64,000 nt of DNA from Candidatus Micrarchaeota archaeon (GCA_026396415.1 JAPLWX010000028.1:1922-65921); one strand, 5' to 3'; counted from the stretch's first letter, positions 8,981-18,834 are shown. Numbers and translations are program-made. Notes: generated by a model not told the origin, from the letters alone.

Positions 8981-9175
8981 GCGCTTATTTTTCCCTTCAG
9001 GTTAATAATGGCTAGGCAGACGGAATTCGTCTTATTTTTTACATATTGCACGGATTTCGCCCTCTTTTTTCCCAAAAATGAGTTATTTAGCATGATTTTA
9101 CGGGGGCAAACCATTAAAAACCACCCGCAGCATAACATACTCCGCTGGCCAGAGAGAGGCAAGGAAGTTATACAC

Positions 9176-10150
9176 ATGAGTACGCTAAGGCATCAAAAGC
9201 AAACCATAAGCAAGCGAACGGGCAGAGAAAGCAATAGCAAATTCCGGCATGCGGCCAGGAAAACCGGCAGGTTCTTCGGCATGCTCTTCACAGGCGGGGC
9301 ATTGCTCACTGCTTTGAGCGGGCATACGCAGGACACCACCAGCGCGCCGGCCAGCAAGCCAACTGACAAGCGGTTTGAGATTACGATGGCAAACGCGGGC
9401 AAAGACCTGCCATTGGGTGCGAATGCCGCCAATACCTATGTCGTTCCCGCAAAAGACAGCCCCGACACGGTAGGAAACAGGATGGTAGCTGCGCGCGCGA
9501 AGCCAGCTGGTGGGAAGAATATGGAGCCGGGGCCTGATCCAAACCAAAAGTGGTGCGATGGGATAGAGATTGAGAACGGACAGATGATATTCAGGGGCAT
9601 TGAGAAGGATGGACGGCATGGGAGCGCAAGCATAGATATTAAGGCGTTTTTGGAAAAGTACGGTCTTTTCGATGCAACGACCAATAGCATAAAGTGGCAA
9701 CAGTTTAGAGTAATTAACGGAGAAAAAAAAGTATATTTTGTTGTTGAAGCGAACGGAATGTCGGTGCTGATAACCTCAAATCCAGATTTCGAAAAAGGGA
9801 ACGATACTTGGGGTAAAGCAGTATTTGCATCGGATGGAACGAAGATTTTTACACAGTTGGGTACGATGTTTGCGACTGATGATGGATCCATTGTTGCTAC
9901 TACTCCAACGACCCTTCTCATCATACAAACCGGAATTAATGGTAAGAAATTTGCACATACATACAAAGAAATGTTCAAGGAAGATGTTATTCTGAAAGCG
10001 CCCACATTTGAAAAAAGCGCAAAGGATGTTGTTGAAATGAGAGACGAAACGTTAGTTACCCCGCAAGGAAAAAAAGTAGTTATAACGATTCCTATCTATA
10101 ATTGGGATGGAATTTCTGCAGGTATAGATGAAAAGTTTACTAAGAATTAG
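9176..10150 (+). CDS. hypothetical membrane-anchored/secreted protein (low-GC island)
   Basis: Basic N-terminus, one TM (FFGMLFTGGALLTAL), then a Thr/Lys-rich soluble domain. Local GC is about 40% against about 60% in the rest of the window. Confidence 0.5.
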   Translation: MSTLRHQKQTISKRTGRESNSKFRHAARKTGRFFGMLFTGGALLTALSGHTQDTTSAPASKPTDKRFEITMANAGKDLPLGANAANTYVVPAKDSPDTVGNRMVAARAKPAGGKNMEPGPDPNQKWCDGIEIENGQMIFRGIEKDGRHGSASIDIKAFLEKYGLFDATTNSIKWQQFRVINGEKKVYFVVEANGMSVLITSNPDFEKGNDTWGKAVFASDGTKIFTQLGTMFATDDGSIVATTPTTLLIIQTGINGKKFAHTYKEMFKEDVILKAPTFEKSAKDVVEMRDETLVTPQGKKVVITIPIYNWDGISAGIDEKFTKN

Positions 10151-10161
10151 GGGTTGACGGC

Positions 10162-11004
10162 ATGGTTTTTGCAGAGTTGAATAACAATACAAAAACAACA
10201 AAAGCCGTGATAAATGAAGCGCCTGTGATAGAATCTCCAGTTCAAAAAGTTTCAACTGCAGTGACAGAAACGAATACAAACAGAAAGCTTGTCAAAGCAC
10301 TCCAGGCGTCTGGATTTGAAAACATAAAAATTAATTATAAGGATAAGGACAGAAAAGACGTTTCGCAGCCACCCCCAAATAGTTTTGTGGATTTGGCGGG
10401 TTTTAACAAACTAAAAGAATTCACTATTACTGCAAATATGAAGGATGAGAATGGAAATGTACACAATTGCAACATAAAAATTGCTAATGGTTTTGCCATG
10501 GTTGATGATGGTGGATCTCAACTTGTAGTAAGCAAAGGAAGTAATGCTTCATCGCGTGAATTGTTTAATTATATAGATAAGCAAGAAAAGATGGGAAATT
10601 TGAGCAAAAGTGATGTAAATAAAATAAAGACAGAATATGTAGAAAAAAATACTTTGTCGTGCTTGGACGAGTATTTACAAACGGACGCAAAGTTTCTATA
10701 TAGCTTTAACCAACAAAATATACCTGATAATAACACTCGAAACAAGGCAGATCAGTTGGTAAGAGACGGTAAGAAAAAAGAATATCTGGAATTGATAGAC
10801 AGCCTTGGCTTGCATGAAAAATTTATCGACTTTTTGAATCGAGAGATTCAGAACAAGGCTGGCGCAGGAGCAGTTTCCCCGTCCGATTTGCAGACTTCCT
10901 TTGTGCAGCAGGGCGTGCTGTCCGCGCAGGTCAACAGCGACTTGAACCTTGTCCAGGACAGGGAAAAGGACGCCGTCAAGAAGGGCGGCGGCGACACGGC
11001 TTGA
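10162..11004 (+). CDS. hypothetical protein (low-GC island, Asn/Lys-rich)
   Basis: 280-aa ORF contiguous with the previous gene. Atypical composition. No domain recognised. Confidence 0.45.
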   Translation: MVFAELNNNTKTTKAVINEAPVIESPVQKVSTAVTETNTNRKLVKALQASGFENIKINYKDKDRKDVSQPPPNSFVDLAGFNKLKEFTITANMKDENGNVHNCNIKIANGFAMVDDGGSQLVVSKGSNASSRELFNYIDKQEKMGNLSKSDVNKIKTEYVEKNTLSCLDEYLQTDAKFLYSFNQQNIPDNNTRNKADQLVRDGKKKEYLELIDSLGLHEKFIDFLNREIQNKAGAGAVSPSDLQTSFVQQGVLSAQVNSDLNLVQDREKDAVKKGGGDTA

Positions 11005-11052
11005 CCGTCCGCTCTTTCCATTTCCTATTTCATTATTCAGAGGAAGCAGGCT

Positions 11053-11649
11053 TTATTCGGCAAAATAGTCGAACCTCTGCCCAAACGTTATTGCCGCCAG
11101 AAGCGCGCCGCAAAAGAGCAGGAAAGATGCGCAGCTTGGGCAGAAGGGGACAAGCGCGAGCGCGGCAAAGAGGATTGTGAGCCTTTCAGCGCGCGGGAGG
11201 ATGCCGGGCTGGCGCGCGATTTTCTTCGCGTCCGCGACTTTGCGGTGGTCTGCATAAGCCGTGGCAAAACTCGTCATGCATGAGCCGAAGAACAGGAAGG
11301 AGATTATCCATGCTCCTGTTGGCAGGATGAACGGGGGAAGCGCGTAGAAGAAGAACGAGCAGGCAAAGAGGAACTCCACCAGCCTGTCAATCATGCCGTC
11401 TATGTAGGCGCCGCGCGCGGAAACCTCGTTCCTTGCGCGCGCAACCGCGCCGTCAATGGCGTCAGTGGCGCCTGACAGGATGAAAAAGAGAAGGGAAACG
11501 AGCGGCTGCTGCAAATAAGCGAAATAGAAGCCAATAAGCGCGAGAAGGAGCGCGCAGACCGTGATTTGGTTGGCCGAGAGCGGAAGGCAGGAGAAAAGAT
11601 TGCCCAACACTTTCTGGAAGCGCACGCCTATGCCTGTTTTCTTGAGCAT
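11053..11649 (-). CDS. CDP-alcohol phosphatidyltransferase (probable archaetidylinositol-phosphate synthase)
   Basis: DAIDGAVAR-x8-GAYIDGMID signature (D-G-x2-A-R...G-x3-D-x3-D). Six TM segments. Next to a myo-inositol-1-phosphate synthase gene. Confidence 0.75.
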   Translation of the reverse strand: MLKKTGIGVRFQKVLGNLFSCLPLSANQITVCALLLALIGFYFAYLQQPLVSLLFFILSGATDAIDGAVARARNEVSARGAYIDGMIDRLVEFLFACSFFFYALPPFILPTGAWIISFLFFGSCMTSFATAYADHRKVADAKKIARQPGILPRAERLTILFAALALVPFCPSCASFLLFCGALLAAITFGQRFDYFAE

Positions 11650-11651
11650 GA

Positions 11652-12983
11652 TTATTCCTTTCCGGTCCCCCAGTAGTCATAATATTCTATGCCAAGGTGC
11701 GTTATCATGCCCTCGCCCATCAGATACCTCAGCGTGTTCTTGAGCTTCATGTGCTGTATGAACAGGTCGTGCTCAGGGTAAAGCAAGGGGGCGTGCATGG
11801 GCGCCTTGAAGTAGAAGGAAAGCCACTCCTGCATGCCTCTCATGCCTGCGCGCTGCGCCAGGTCCATGAAAAGCGCCAGGTCAAGGACGATGGGCGCGGC
11901 AAGTATGCTGTCCTTGCACAGGAAGTTTATCTTCAGCTGCATGGGATAGCCCATCCAGCCGAATATGTCTATGTTGTCCCAACCCTCCTTGTCGTCGTTC
12001 TTTGGCGGGTAGTACTCTATCCTTACCTTGTGGTACATGCCCTTGTACAATTCAGGGTACATGCCGGGCTGGAATATGTACTCGAGGGACGATTTTTTGC
12101 TTATCTCCTTGCTCTTGAAGGAGCCTGCATCGTCAAGCACCAAGCCGTCGCGGTTGCCCAGGATGTTCGTGGAGAACCATCCGCGCACGCCCAGCATCCT
12201 GGCCTTGAACATGGGTGCAATCGCGGTTTTCACAAGCGTTTGCCCTGTCTTGAAGTCCTTTCCGGCTATGGGGACGCCTTTCTGCCTTGCAAGGTCAGCC
12301 AAGGCAGGGATGTCAAGCGTGAGCTGCGGCGAGCCATTTGTGTAGGGGACGCCTTCCATTATTGCAGCATATGCGTAAATCATGGAAGGGGAAATCATCG
12401 GGTGGCTTTCTGCAAGCCCCTTTTCAAATGCCTCGATACTTTCATGGACAGGCTGCTTTTCCATGTAGGATTCCGTGCTTGCGCACCAAACCACCACCAT
12501 TCTTGAGAGATTTTTCTCTTTTTTGAAGTTGCGGATATCCTCGCGCAGCTGGTTTGCAAGCTCAAGCTTATTTTTCCCAGTCTTTACGTTCGGCCCGTTG
12601 ATGTTCTTGATGAAGCTCTTGTCAAATACCGCCGTCATTGGCCTGATTTTCTCAAGCTCGTCCTTCACGATGTCGAGGTGCTCCTTGGAAAGCACGCCTG
12701 CCTTTATCGCAGCCTCATAGGCATTGTCAGGGAAGATGTCCCAGGCGGCAAATTCCAGGTCGGATAAATTGGCAAGCGGCACAAAATCCTTAATCAAAGG
12801 CGCGCGCTTCTCATCACGCTTGCCAAGCCTGATGGTCTGCATCTGCGTGAGGCTGCCTATGGGCAGGAGCTTTTTCTTCCTTGCAAGCATCACGCCTGCA
12901 ATGAATGTGGTGGAAACCGCGCCCAGCCCAGGAAGGAGGATGCCGAGCTTCCCGTTTGCGGGCTCTATCTTGATTTTTGCCAT
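11652..12983 (-). CDS. myo-inositol-1-phosphate synthase
   Basis: About 440 aa with conserved MIPS blocks (NGSPQ, LGNRDG, SYN..GDS-like regions). Forms an operon with the phosphatidyltransferase. Confidence 0.85.
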   Translation of the reverse strand: MAKIKIEPANGKLGILLPGLGAVSTTFIAGVMLARKKKLLPIGSLTQMQTIRLGKRDEKRAPLIKDFVPLANLSDLEFAAWDIFPDNAYEAAIKAGVLSKEHLDIVKDELEKIRPMTAVFDKSFIKNINGPNVKTGKNKLELANQLREDIRNFKKEKNLSRMVVVWCASTESYMEKQPVHESIEAFEKGLAESHPMISPSMIYAYAAIMEGVPYTNGSPQLTLDIPALADLARQKGVPIAGKDFKTGQTLVKTAIAPMFKARMLGVRGWFSTNILGNRDGLVLDDAGSFKSKEISKKSSLEYIFQPGMYPELYKGMYHKVRIEYYPPKNDDKEGWDNIDIFGWMGYPMQLKINFLCKDSILAAPIVLDLALFMDLAQRAGMRGMQEWLSFYFKAPMHAPLLYPEHDLFIQHMKLKNTLRYLMGEGMITHLGIEYYDYWGTGKE

Positions 12984-13058
12984 ATAACACACCCAGGTAA
13001 CTATTATATGAAATGTATAATAGTATAGAATTATAAGAATAGCGCTTGCGCTTGAAAT

Positions 13059-13508
13059 CTAGAGCCGTTTGAACATTCTGTAAGTCTTGCCCACGCCTTT
13101 GAAAAGGACTGGCTTGACCAAACGGTAGCCGTTCTTTTTGTAAAAGCCCACTGCATTGACCGCGGAGTGCGTCCTGATTGCCTTGAATTTTTTTCTTTTT
13201 GCAATGCGCTCCATCTCGCGGAGAAGGCGGGTTCCGACACCGCGGCCAATATAGGCAGGGTCAACGAAAAACGCGCCCAGCCAGCCGTCGTTGGACAGGT
13301 TTGCCGTCCCAATTATGTTGTTTTTTTCCTCGGCAACAATGATTGTGCAGTTTTTCGCCCTTTCCGCAAGCGCGCGGGGAAGGTTTCTTTTTCTGAGATG
13401 CGCTATAACCCGTGAAGAATAGTATTGTGAGCTGACTTGCTTGAGCGATTTGACTATGCATCTGCTTGTTTTCACTGCATCTTTGTCCTTGAATATGCGG
13501 ATTTTCAT
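13059..13508 (-). CDS. GNAT family N-acetyltransferase
   Basis: Acetyl-CoA-binding motif (G)xGxG: IGRGVGTRLL. GNAT-sized, about 150 aa from the MKIRIF start. Confidence 0.7.
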   Translation of the reverse strand: MKIRIFKDKDAVKTSRCIVKSLKQVSSQYYSSRVIAHLRKRNLPRALAERAKNCTIIVAEEKNNIIGTANLSNDGWLGAFFVDPAYIGRGVGTRLLREMERIAKRKKFKAIRTHSAVNAVGFYKKNGYRLVKPVLFKGVGKTYRMFKRL

Positions 13509-13655
13509 AGCATTTGGATTGGGTGACCCATCATTTTTAAACTCGCTTCGGCAGAAATGCTCTCGCAGGGATGGCAGTTGGAGCCGCTCTTGCGGCTGCC
13601 CGGCCATCCCAGGGCGACCTATTGCTTTTAATCCCCATATTGCAAGAACTGTCTC

Positions 13656-13768
13656 GCAGGGATGGCGGAGCCCGGTTTAACGCGCCAGACTCAAGATCTC
13701 CGCGCAAGTGCGCGGCATGCGTTATCTGGTGACTTAGGTCTTCGGGAGTTCGAATCTCCCTCCCTGCA
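13656..13768 (+). tRNA. tRNA-Leu(CAA) with ~28-nt intron after position 37
   Basis: Acceptor stem GCAGGGA/TCCCTGC, anticodon loop CTCAAGA, T arm GGGAG-TTCGAAT-CTCCC, long variable arm. The sequence atctccgcgcaagtgcgcggcatgcgtt splits the anticodon stem CCAGA/TCTGG. No CCA encoded. Confidence 0.65.
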
Positions 13769-13919
13769 CCTTGTATCATTCTATAGTTGTACCGCTGGAC
13801 TTCGACACGCCCCTAACCCAACTTAGTCAATTTACTGAGGTAAAAACGTGCCGAATTGTGCAGCAAGCTATAAATAGTACTTAACTCAGGACAGGGGGCT
13901 CACTCCGAGGTGAGCACCC

Positions 13920-15119
13920 ATGAACGAGTACGTTATGTACAAATCGCAAACCAACTTCGAGCAGGAGCTGGGAAGATTGAAGGCCTCGGCTTTGCCTGCG
14001 AAGGCCAAGACGCAAATCGAGAACTTCGCACGGATACGCCTTGCCAAAGGCTCGGGCAAGCTCCGCGTTGTGAAATGCATGTACTGCGTCCGGCTGCTTG
14101 CTCAGTGGCTCAACAAGGATTTTTCAAAGGCGACAAAGACCGACCTGATCCGGCTGGTCACCGATATTGACTCCAAAAACTATGCCGAATACACACGCTA
14201 CGATTTCAAAATTGTTTTGAAAATGTTCTACAAGTGGCTTCTTGGGAAAGACGAGGAATTTCCCAATGTCATCAAGTGGCTAAAGCCAAGGCTGAAAAAC
14301 GAAAAGCACAAACTACCAGAGGAATTATTGACAGTTGAGGAAGTGCAAAAGCTCGCCAACTCGACCACCAATCCACGCGACAAGGCGCTTATTTTGGCAT
14401 TATACGAGTCCGGCTGCCGCATTGGTGAGATGCTTTACCTCAAACTGAAGAACGTCCAGTTCGACAATTACGGAGTTGTGCTGATGGTGAACGGCAAGAC
14501 CGGAAGCCGAAGAGTCCGCATAATCGCAAGTGTTCAGGTTCTCGCCGCGTGGCTTCAGGAGCACCCGGACAAAGACAATCCGGATGCGCCTTTATGGCCT
14601 GCGAGATTGGCGAGATATCAGCCAGTGCCTTGCGCCTATCCCTCGATTCGCGCAATGCTCCGCAGGGCAAGCAAGGCAAGCGGCATAAGAAAACGTATTT
14701 ATCCGCATCTTTTCCGCCATTCAAGGGCAACCTCTTTGGCAAACAAACTGACAGAGGCGCAAATGAAAGAATATTTTGGCTGGACGCAAGGAAGCGAAAT
14801 GGCTGCCACCTACGTTCATTTGTCCGGTAGGGATGTTGACACTGCGCTTCTGCAATTGTATTCCATGAAGGACAAGCCGGTCGAAAAGGAGCCAAAACTA
14901 GACCTCAGAATCTGCTCCCGCTGCAAGGAAAAGAACTCGCCTACGCAGTCATTCTGCGGAAGGTGCGGCAACCCGTTTGACGAAAAGGTGCTCATCAGCG
15001 ACTACAACAAGCAGGGGAACGGAATAATGAACGTCCTGATGCAGGACCCGGAAGTGAAGGCGCTGCTCGTGAAAAAAGTATTCGCGATGGGGCTGGACAA
15101 GGAGCTGTTGGAGGAATAA
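13920..15119 (+). CDS. tyrosine recombinase/integrase (copy 1) with C-terminal zinc ribbon
   Basis: Catalytic R (CRIGE), HLFRHS (HxxR) and Y (ATYVHL). C-terminal CSRC-x11-CGRC zinc ribbon. Immediately downstream of the tRNA. Confidence 0.85.
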   Translation: MNEYVMYKSQTNFEQELGRLKASALPAKAKTQIENFARIRLAKGSGKLRVVKCMYCVRLLAQWLNKDFSKATKTDLIRLVTDIDSKNYAEYTRYDFKIVLKMFYKWLLGKDEEFPNVIKWLKPRLKNEKHKLPEELLTVEEVQKLANSTTNPRDKALILALYESGCRIGEMLYLKLKNVQFDNYGVVLMVNGKTGSRRVRIIASVQVLAAWLQEHPDKDNPDAPLWPARLARYQPVPCAYPSIRAMLRRASKASGIRKRIYPHLFRHSRATSLANKLTEAQMKEYFGWTQGSEMAATYVHLSGRDVDTALLQLYSMKDKPVEKEPKLDLRICSRCKEKNSPTQSFCGRCGNPFDEKVLISDYNKQGNGIMNVLMQDPEVKALLVKKVFAMGLDKELLEE

Positions 15120-15700
15120 TTTTTTTGCATTGGGCAGCCAGCCGAGCTGCTCAATCGTTTATAAAGAACTTTGAGCAGCTCAAACACCGTTCCTTGCGCT
15201 ATAATCGCTATCCAAACGTTGATATTTGAGCAGCTCGTACCTCCAGTATATCATTGCTGCGCAGCTGCTCAAAGCTGTTCAGTGAATCAGTCATACTGAA
15301 CAAATGACAACACAATATTCTCAGAAGAGCAAACCAATGAAGTAGGCTGTTCTGGCTGCTGGAACATGCATTTACGCTCAGTATTACGCTCAATTTTTGC
15401 TTGCCTTTTTGTTTTCTATGCGCAGCCAGGAATTACGCTCAGGTTTACGCTCAACGGAGTAAAATAAGCGCAGTAGCAGAGAAATACTATCTGGAGGCGA
15501 TTCGCTTAAATCAGGCGCAATTGGCGGCCAGAACTGGTGTTTAAGCGCAGAATAAGCGCAATCGCCACCGACTGCCGAGATTTTCGATGATGCAGAAAAA
15601 AGTAAGCGCAGATTAAGCGCAATGAATTTTCTGCGCACTTTTTGGAAATAAGCGCAGAGGGTGCGCAAAGGAAATTTTACAGAGAAAATGAATAGTTACA
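15120..15700. repeat. iteron-like repeat array 1 (GAGCAGCTC x4, TTACGCTCA x4, TAAGCGCA x6)
   Basis: Three families of 8-9 bp motifs, irregularly spaced, in a 580-bp non-coding region downstream of integrase 1. Confidence 0.6.
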
Positions 15701-15735
15701 CTAATAGTAGTCTAAAAAGGGTGAAAAATAAAAAA

Positions 15736-16221
15736 TTACTTGAACTTTGCGCGCTCCGGCTTTTTCTCCTCAGGTGGCATAAGCTGTCCAACATGATAGA
15801 ATGCGCGCATAATTTTTTCATCTAGAAATTGTCTGAAACTCTCCTGCTTGTTGTCTATTGCCCATCTTAGCTCGTTCTTGGGACCCGGAAATCCACCGGC
15901 ATCCTGAATAGGTATAACAATGCCATAGAGGTTCTCGAGCAACTCCTTGGTTGGCTTGGCATTTTTCAAGGAAGGGAGTATTTTCTCCCTGATCGTGCTT
16001 GCAAACACCCTATATATGCCCACATAGGCAGGATGTACATTTTTATCAGTGCCTAATGCTGTCATATCGACAAGTCGTTGCGTCACATCTGCTATCTCTT
16101 TTTTGAGGTTTGTCTCGGCTTTTTGCTTCTGTTCAAGCGCCTTTTGGCCTGGTTTGTCCTTGGCTGCTCCGATCATCGCCCCGCTTTTAGCCGGATCCGC
16201 CCAGTTTTGGAAAATCCACAT
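15736..16221 (-). CDS. hypothetical protein, integrative-element cargo (161 aa)
   Basis: The only ORF in element 1 apart from the integrase. No domain recognised. Confidence 0.45.
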   Translation of the reverse strand: MWIFQNWADPAKSGAMIGAAKDKPGQKALEQKQKAETNLKKEIADVTQRLVDMTALGTDKNVHPAYVGIYRVFASTIREKILPSLKNAKPTKELLENLYGIVIPIQDAGGFPGPKNELRWAIDNKQESFRQFLDEKIMRAFYHVGQLMPPEEKKPERAKFK

Positions 16222-16291
16222 AGTCTCGCCTCGGTCAAAATAGGGTGCAATCCTAATTTAAACCTTATCCCTATCCCCTAGTGGTTCCGGT

Positions 16292-16345
16292 CAGACTCTA
16301 GCATCATCCTTGAGTTGCTCCCCCTGCATCTTGTATCATGCACTA
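16292..16345. repeat. att-like direct repeat (copy B)
   Basis: cagactctagcatcatccttgagttgctccccctgcatcttgtatcatgcacta. Near-identical to copy C. The 3' part matches the tRNA-Leu 3' end. Confidence 0.65.
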
Positions 16346-16585
16346 GTCTTATCGCTATCTTTCGTCAATGCACGTCTATTCCTGCGTCAATCTGCAACTA
16401 GCATAGTAGGCACAATAATGCCAAATTACGCACGAACTATAATGAGGCCCCTGCCAAAACAATAATGGCATGAAAAAGAAGCATCTTGCTGCCCTCGTCA
16501 ATGCCCTAACTCCTCCTCGTTGCGTGTCTCGCCTAGGTTTATATAGAAGGTCAAGCAGGACAGGGGGCTCACTCCGAGGTTAAGG

Positions 16586-17728
16586 TTGAAGAACTCGCCC
16601 TTGCCTGCGAAAGCCAAAACACAGATTGAGAACTTCGCACGGATGCGCCTTGCCAAGGGCTCCGGCAAGCTCCGTGTTGTCAAGTGCATGTACTGTGTTC
16701 GCCTGCTCGCTCAGTGGCTCAACAAGGATTTTTCAAAGGCGACAAAGACCGACCTCATACGGCTGGTTACAGATATCGACTCCAAAAACTATGCTGAATA
16801 CACACGCTACGACTTCAAAATAGTCCTCAACATGTTCTATAAATGGCTTCTCGGAAAAGATGAGGAATTTCCCAAGGTCATCAAGTGGCTCAAGCCAAGG
16901 CTGAAGAACGAAAAGCACAAACTGCCGGAAGAATTGCTGACCGTTGAGGAAGTGCAAAAGCTCGCCAATTCCACCACCAATCCACGCGACAAGGCGCTTA
17001 TTTTGGCATTATACGAGTCAGGATGCCGCATAGGTGAAATGCTATACCTCAAACTGAAGAACGTCCAGTTCGACAATTACGGAGTTGTATTGATGGTGAA
17101 CGGCAAGACCGGCAGCCGGAGAGTCCGCATAATCGCAAGCGTTCAGGTTCTTGCCGCATGGCTGCAGGAGCATCCGGACAAAGACAACCCGGATGCTCCA
17201 TTATGGCCTGCGAGATTGGCGAGATACCAGCCAGTGCCTTGTGCCTATCCCTCAATACTCGCAATGCTTCGCAGGGCAAGCAAGGCAAGCGGCATAAGGA
17301 AACGCATTTATCCGCATCTTTTCCGCCATTCAAGGGCAACCTCTTTGGCAAACAAGCTGACAGAGGCGCAAATGAAAGAATACTTCGGTTGGACGCAAGG
17401 AAGCGAGATGGCTACAACTTATGTTCACCTCTCAGGGCGAGATGTGGACACCGCTCTTCTGCAATTGTATTCCATGAAGGACAAGCCGATTGAGAAAGAG
17501 CCAAAGCTCGACCTTCGAATCTGCTCACGCTGCAAGGAAAAGAACTCGCCAACGCAATCCTTCTGCGGAAGGTGCGGCAACCCGTTTGACGAAAAGGTGC
17601 TCATCAGCGACTACAACAAACAGGGGAACGGAATAATGAACGTCCTGATGCAGGACCCGGAGGTGAAGGCGCTTCTGGTCAAGAAGGTCTTTGCGATGGG
17701 GTTGGATAAGGAATTGCTGGAGGAATGA
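16586..17728 (+). CDS. tyrosine integrase (copy 2, N-terminally truncated, possible TTG start or pseudogene)
   Basis: More than 95% identical to copy 1 from AKAKTQIENF onward. The first ~22 codons are replaced by unrelated sequence. No in-frame ATG. The ORF track starts at TTG. Confidence 0.7.
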   Translation: MKNSPLPAKAKTQIENFARMRLAKGSGKLRVVKCMYCVRLLAQWLNKDFSKATKTDLIRLVTDIDSKNYAEYTRYDFKIVLNMFYKWLLGKDEEFPKVIKWLKPRLKNEKHKLPEELLTVEEVQKLANSTTNPRDKALILALYESGCRIGEMLYLKLKNVQFDNYGVVLMVNGKTGSRRVRIIASVQVLAAWLQEHPDKDNPDAPLWPARLARYQPVPCAYPSILAMLRRASKASGIRKRIYPHLFRHSRATSLANKLTEAQMKEYFGWTQGSEMATTYVHLSGRDVDTALLQLYSMKDKPIEKEPKLDLRICSRCKEKNSPTQSFCGRCGNPFDEKVLISDYNKQGNGIMNVLMQDPEVKALLVKKVFAMGLDKELLEE

Positions 17729-17734
17729 TTTCTT

Positions 17735-18440
17735 TTCTTTTGGGCATTGAACAGCTAGCCGAGCTGCGCAATCGTATATAAACATCTTTGCGCAGCTCAA
17801 ACGTTGTTTCTCACGCGATAAACGCTATCCAAACGTTGTTCTTTGCGCAGCTTTCTTCTCCAGAGTATACATGCGTGCAAGCTGCGCAATAGCTGCGCAA
17901 GGAATGAGTGCAATAAGAATAAGACAGCACAATATTCTCAGAAGAGCAAAACAATGAAGTAGGCTGTTCTGGCTGCTGGAACTAGCAATTACGCTCTGTA
18001 TTACGCTCAATTTTTGCTTAGCTAATCGCGTTTCTTGTCGCAGCCAGAGATTACGCTCAAGTTTACGCTCAACGGTGTAAAATAAGCGAGGTAGCAGACA
18101 AATACTCTCAGGAGGCGATTCGCTTAATTTCATAGGAATCGGACGCCAGAACGGGCGTTTAAGCGCAGAATAAGCGCAATGCCCACTGACTGTCAAGTTT
18201 CTCTAGCTCGCAGAAAAATTAAGCGCAGATTAAGCGCAACGAAAACAGGCAGACTCACAGATACTAGCAGGCAAATATTATCTGGGAACGAAACACGCGA
18301 TTTAAGCGCAATTGGCAGCCAGAACAAGAGTTTAAGCGCAAAATAAGCGCAATCGCCACCGACTGTCAGGGTTTTCAATGATGCAGAAAAAAGTAAGCGC
18401 AGGAGTAAGCGCAATGAATTTTCTGCGCATTTTTTGGAAA
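17735..18440. repeat. iteron-like repeat array 2 (GCGCAGCT, TTACGCTCA, TAAGCGCA families)
   Basis: Same architecture as array 1 with more TAAGCGCA copies (at least 10). Downstream of integrase 2. Confidence 0.6.
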
Positions 18441-18451
18441 GCTCTTTGGCG

Positions 18452-18820
18452 TCAAAATGACTGCTCTGTTTTTTCTGATTTTGGCTGCGCGAGTATGCCC
18501 TCAATTTCCTTATGCACCTGTTGCCGCAATTTGAAGGTGTTTCCCATCATCACATAGCCCTGCCAGCCCGAGTTGGATAGGAGTATCCTGCTTTGCTCGA
18601 TTTCGCCTGCCGCGTATTTTGACCTGAAAAGCTCAAGCCTGCCAAGAACCCGGCGCACGTTGCTTTTCTTGAGTATGCGGAAATGGTAGAATGCCCTGAA
18701 ACCAAGGAGCGGCACGCCAATCTGTTTTTCACCTCGCTCTGGGTAGGGGATTTTGCCGTCGTTTGTGGTGCGGATGGATTCGAATACCTGAAAGCCGAAC
18801 ATCACCGGCAGCGATTGCAC
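18452..18820 (-). CDS. hypothetical protein, element cargo (122 aa)
   Basis: ORF co-directional with the next gene. No domain recognised. Confidence 0.35.
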   Translation of the reverse strand: MQSLPVMFGFQVFESIRTTNDGKIPYPERGEKQIGVPLLGFRAFYHFRILKKSNVRRVLGRLELFRSKYAAGEIEQSRILLSNSGWQGYVMMGNTFKLRQQVHKEIEGILAQPKSEKTEQSF

Positions 18821-18834
18821 GCCGGGAGGGCAAT

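Noticed and set aside
8855-9175. Upstream extension of the 9176 gene overlapping proC
   Set aside because: It would overlap the proC 5' end on the opposite strand. A plausible N-terminus with basic tail plus TM begins at MSTLRHQ.
13886-14080. ORF antisense to integrase 5' end, with similar ORF at 16498-16689
   Set aside because: It appears only because both integrase copies share sequence. It is fully antisense to a strongly supported CDS.
15120-18440. Short-repeat arrays considered as CRISPR
   Set aside because: Repeat units are only 8-9 bp, belong to three different motif families, have irregular spacing and no spacer periodicity. There are no cas genes. The arrays fit iterons or binding-site arrays better.
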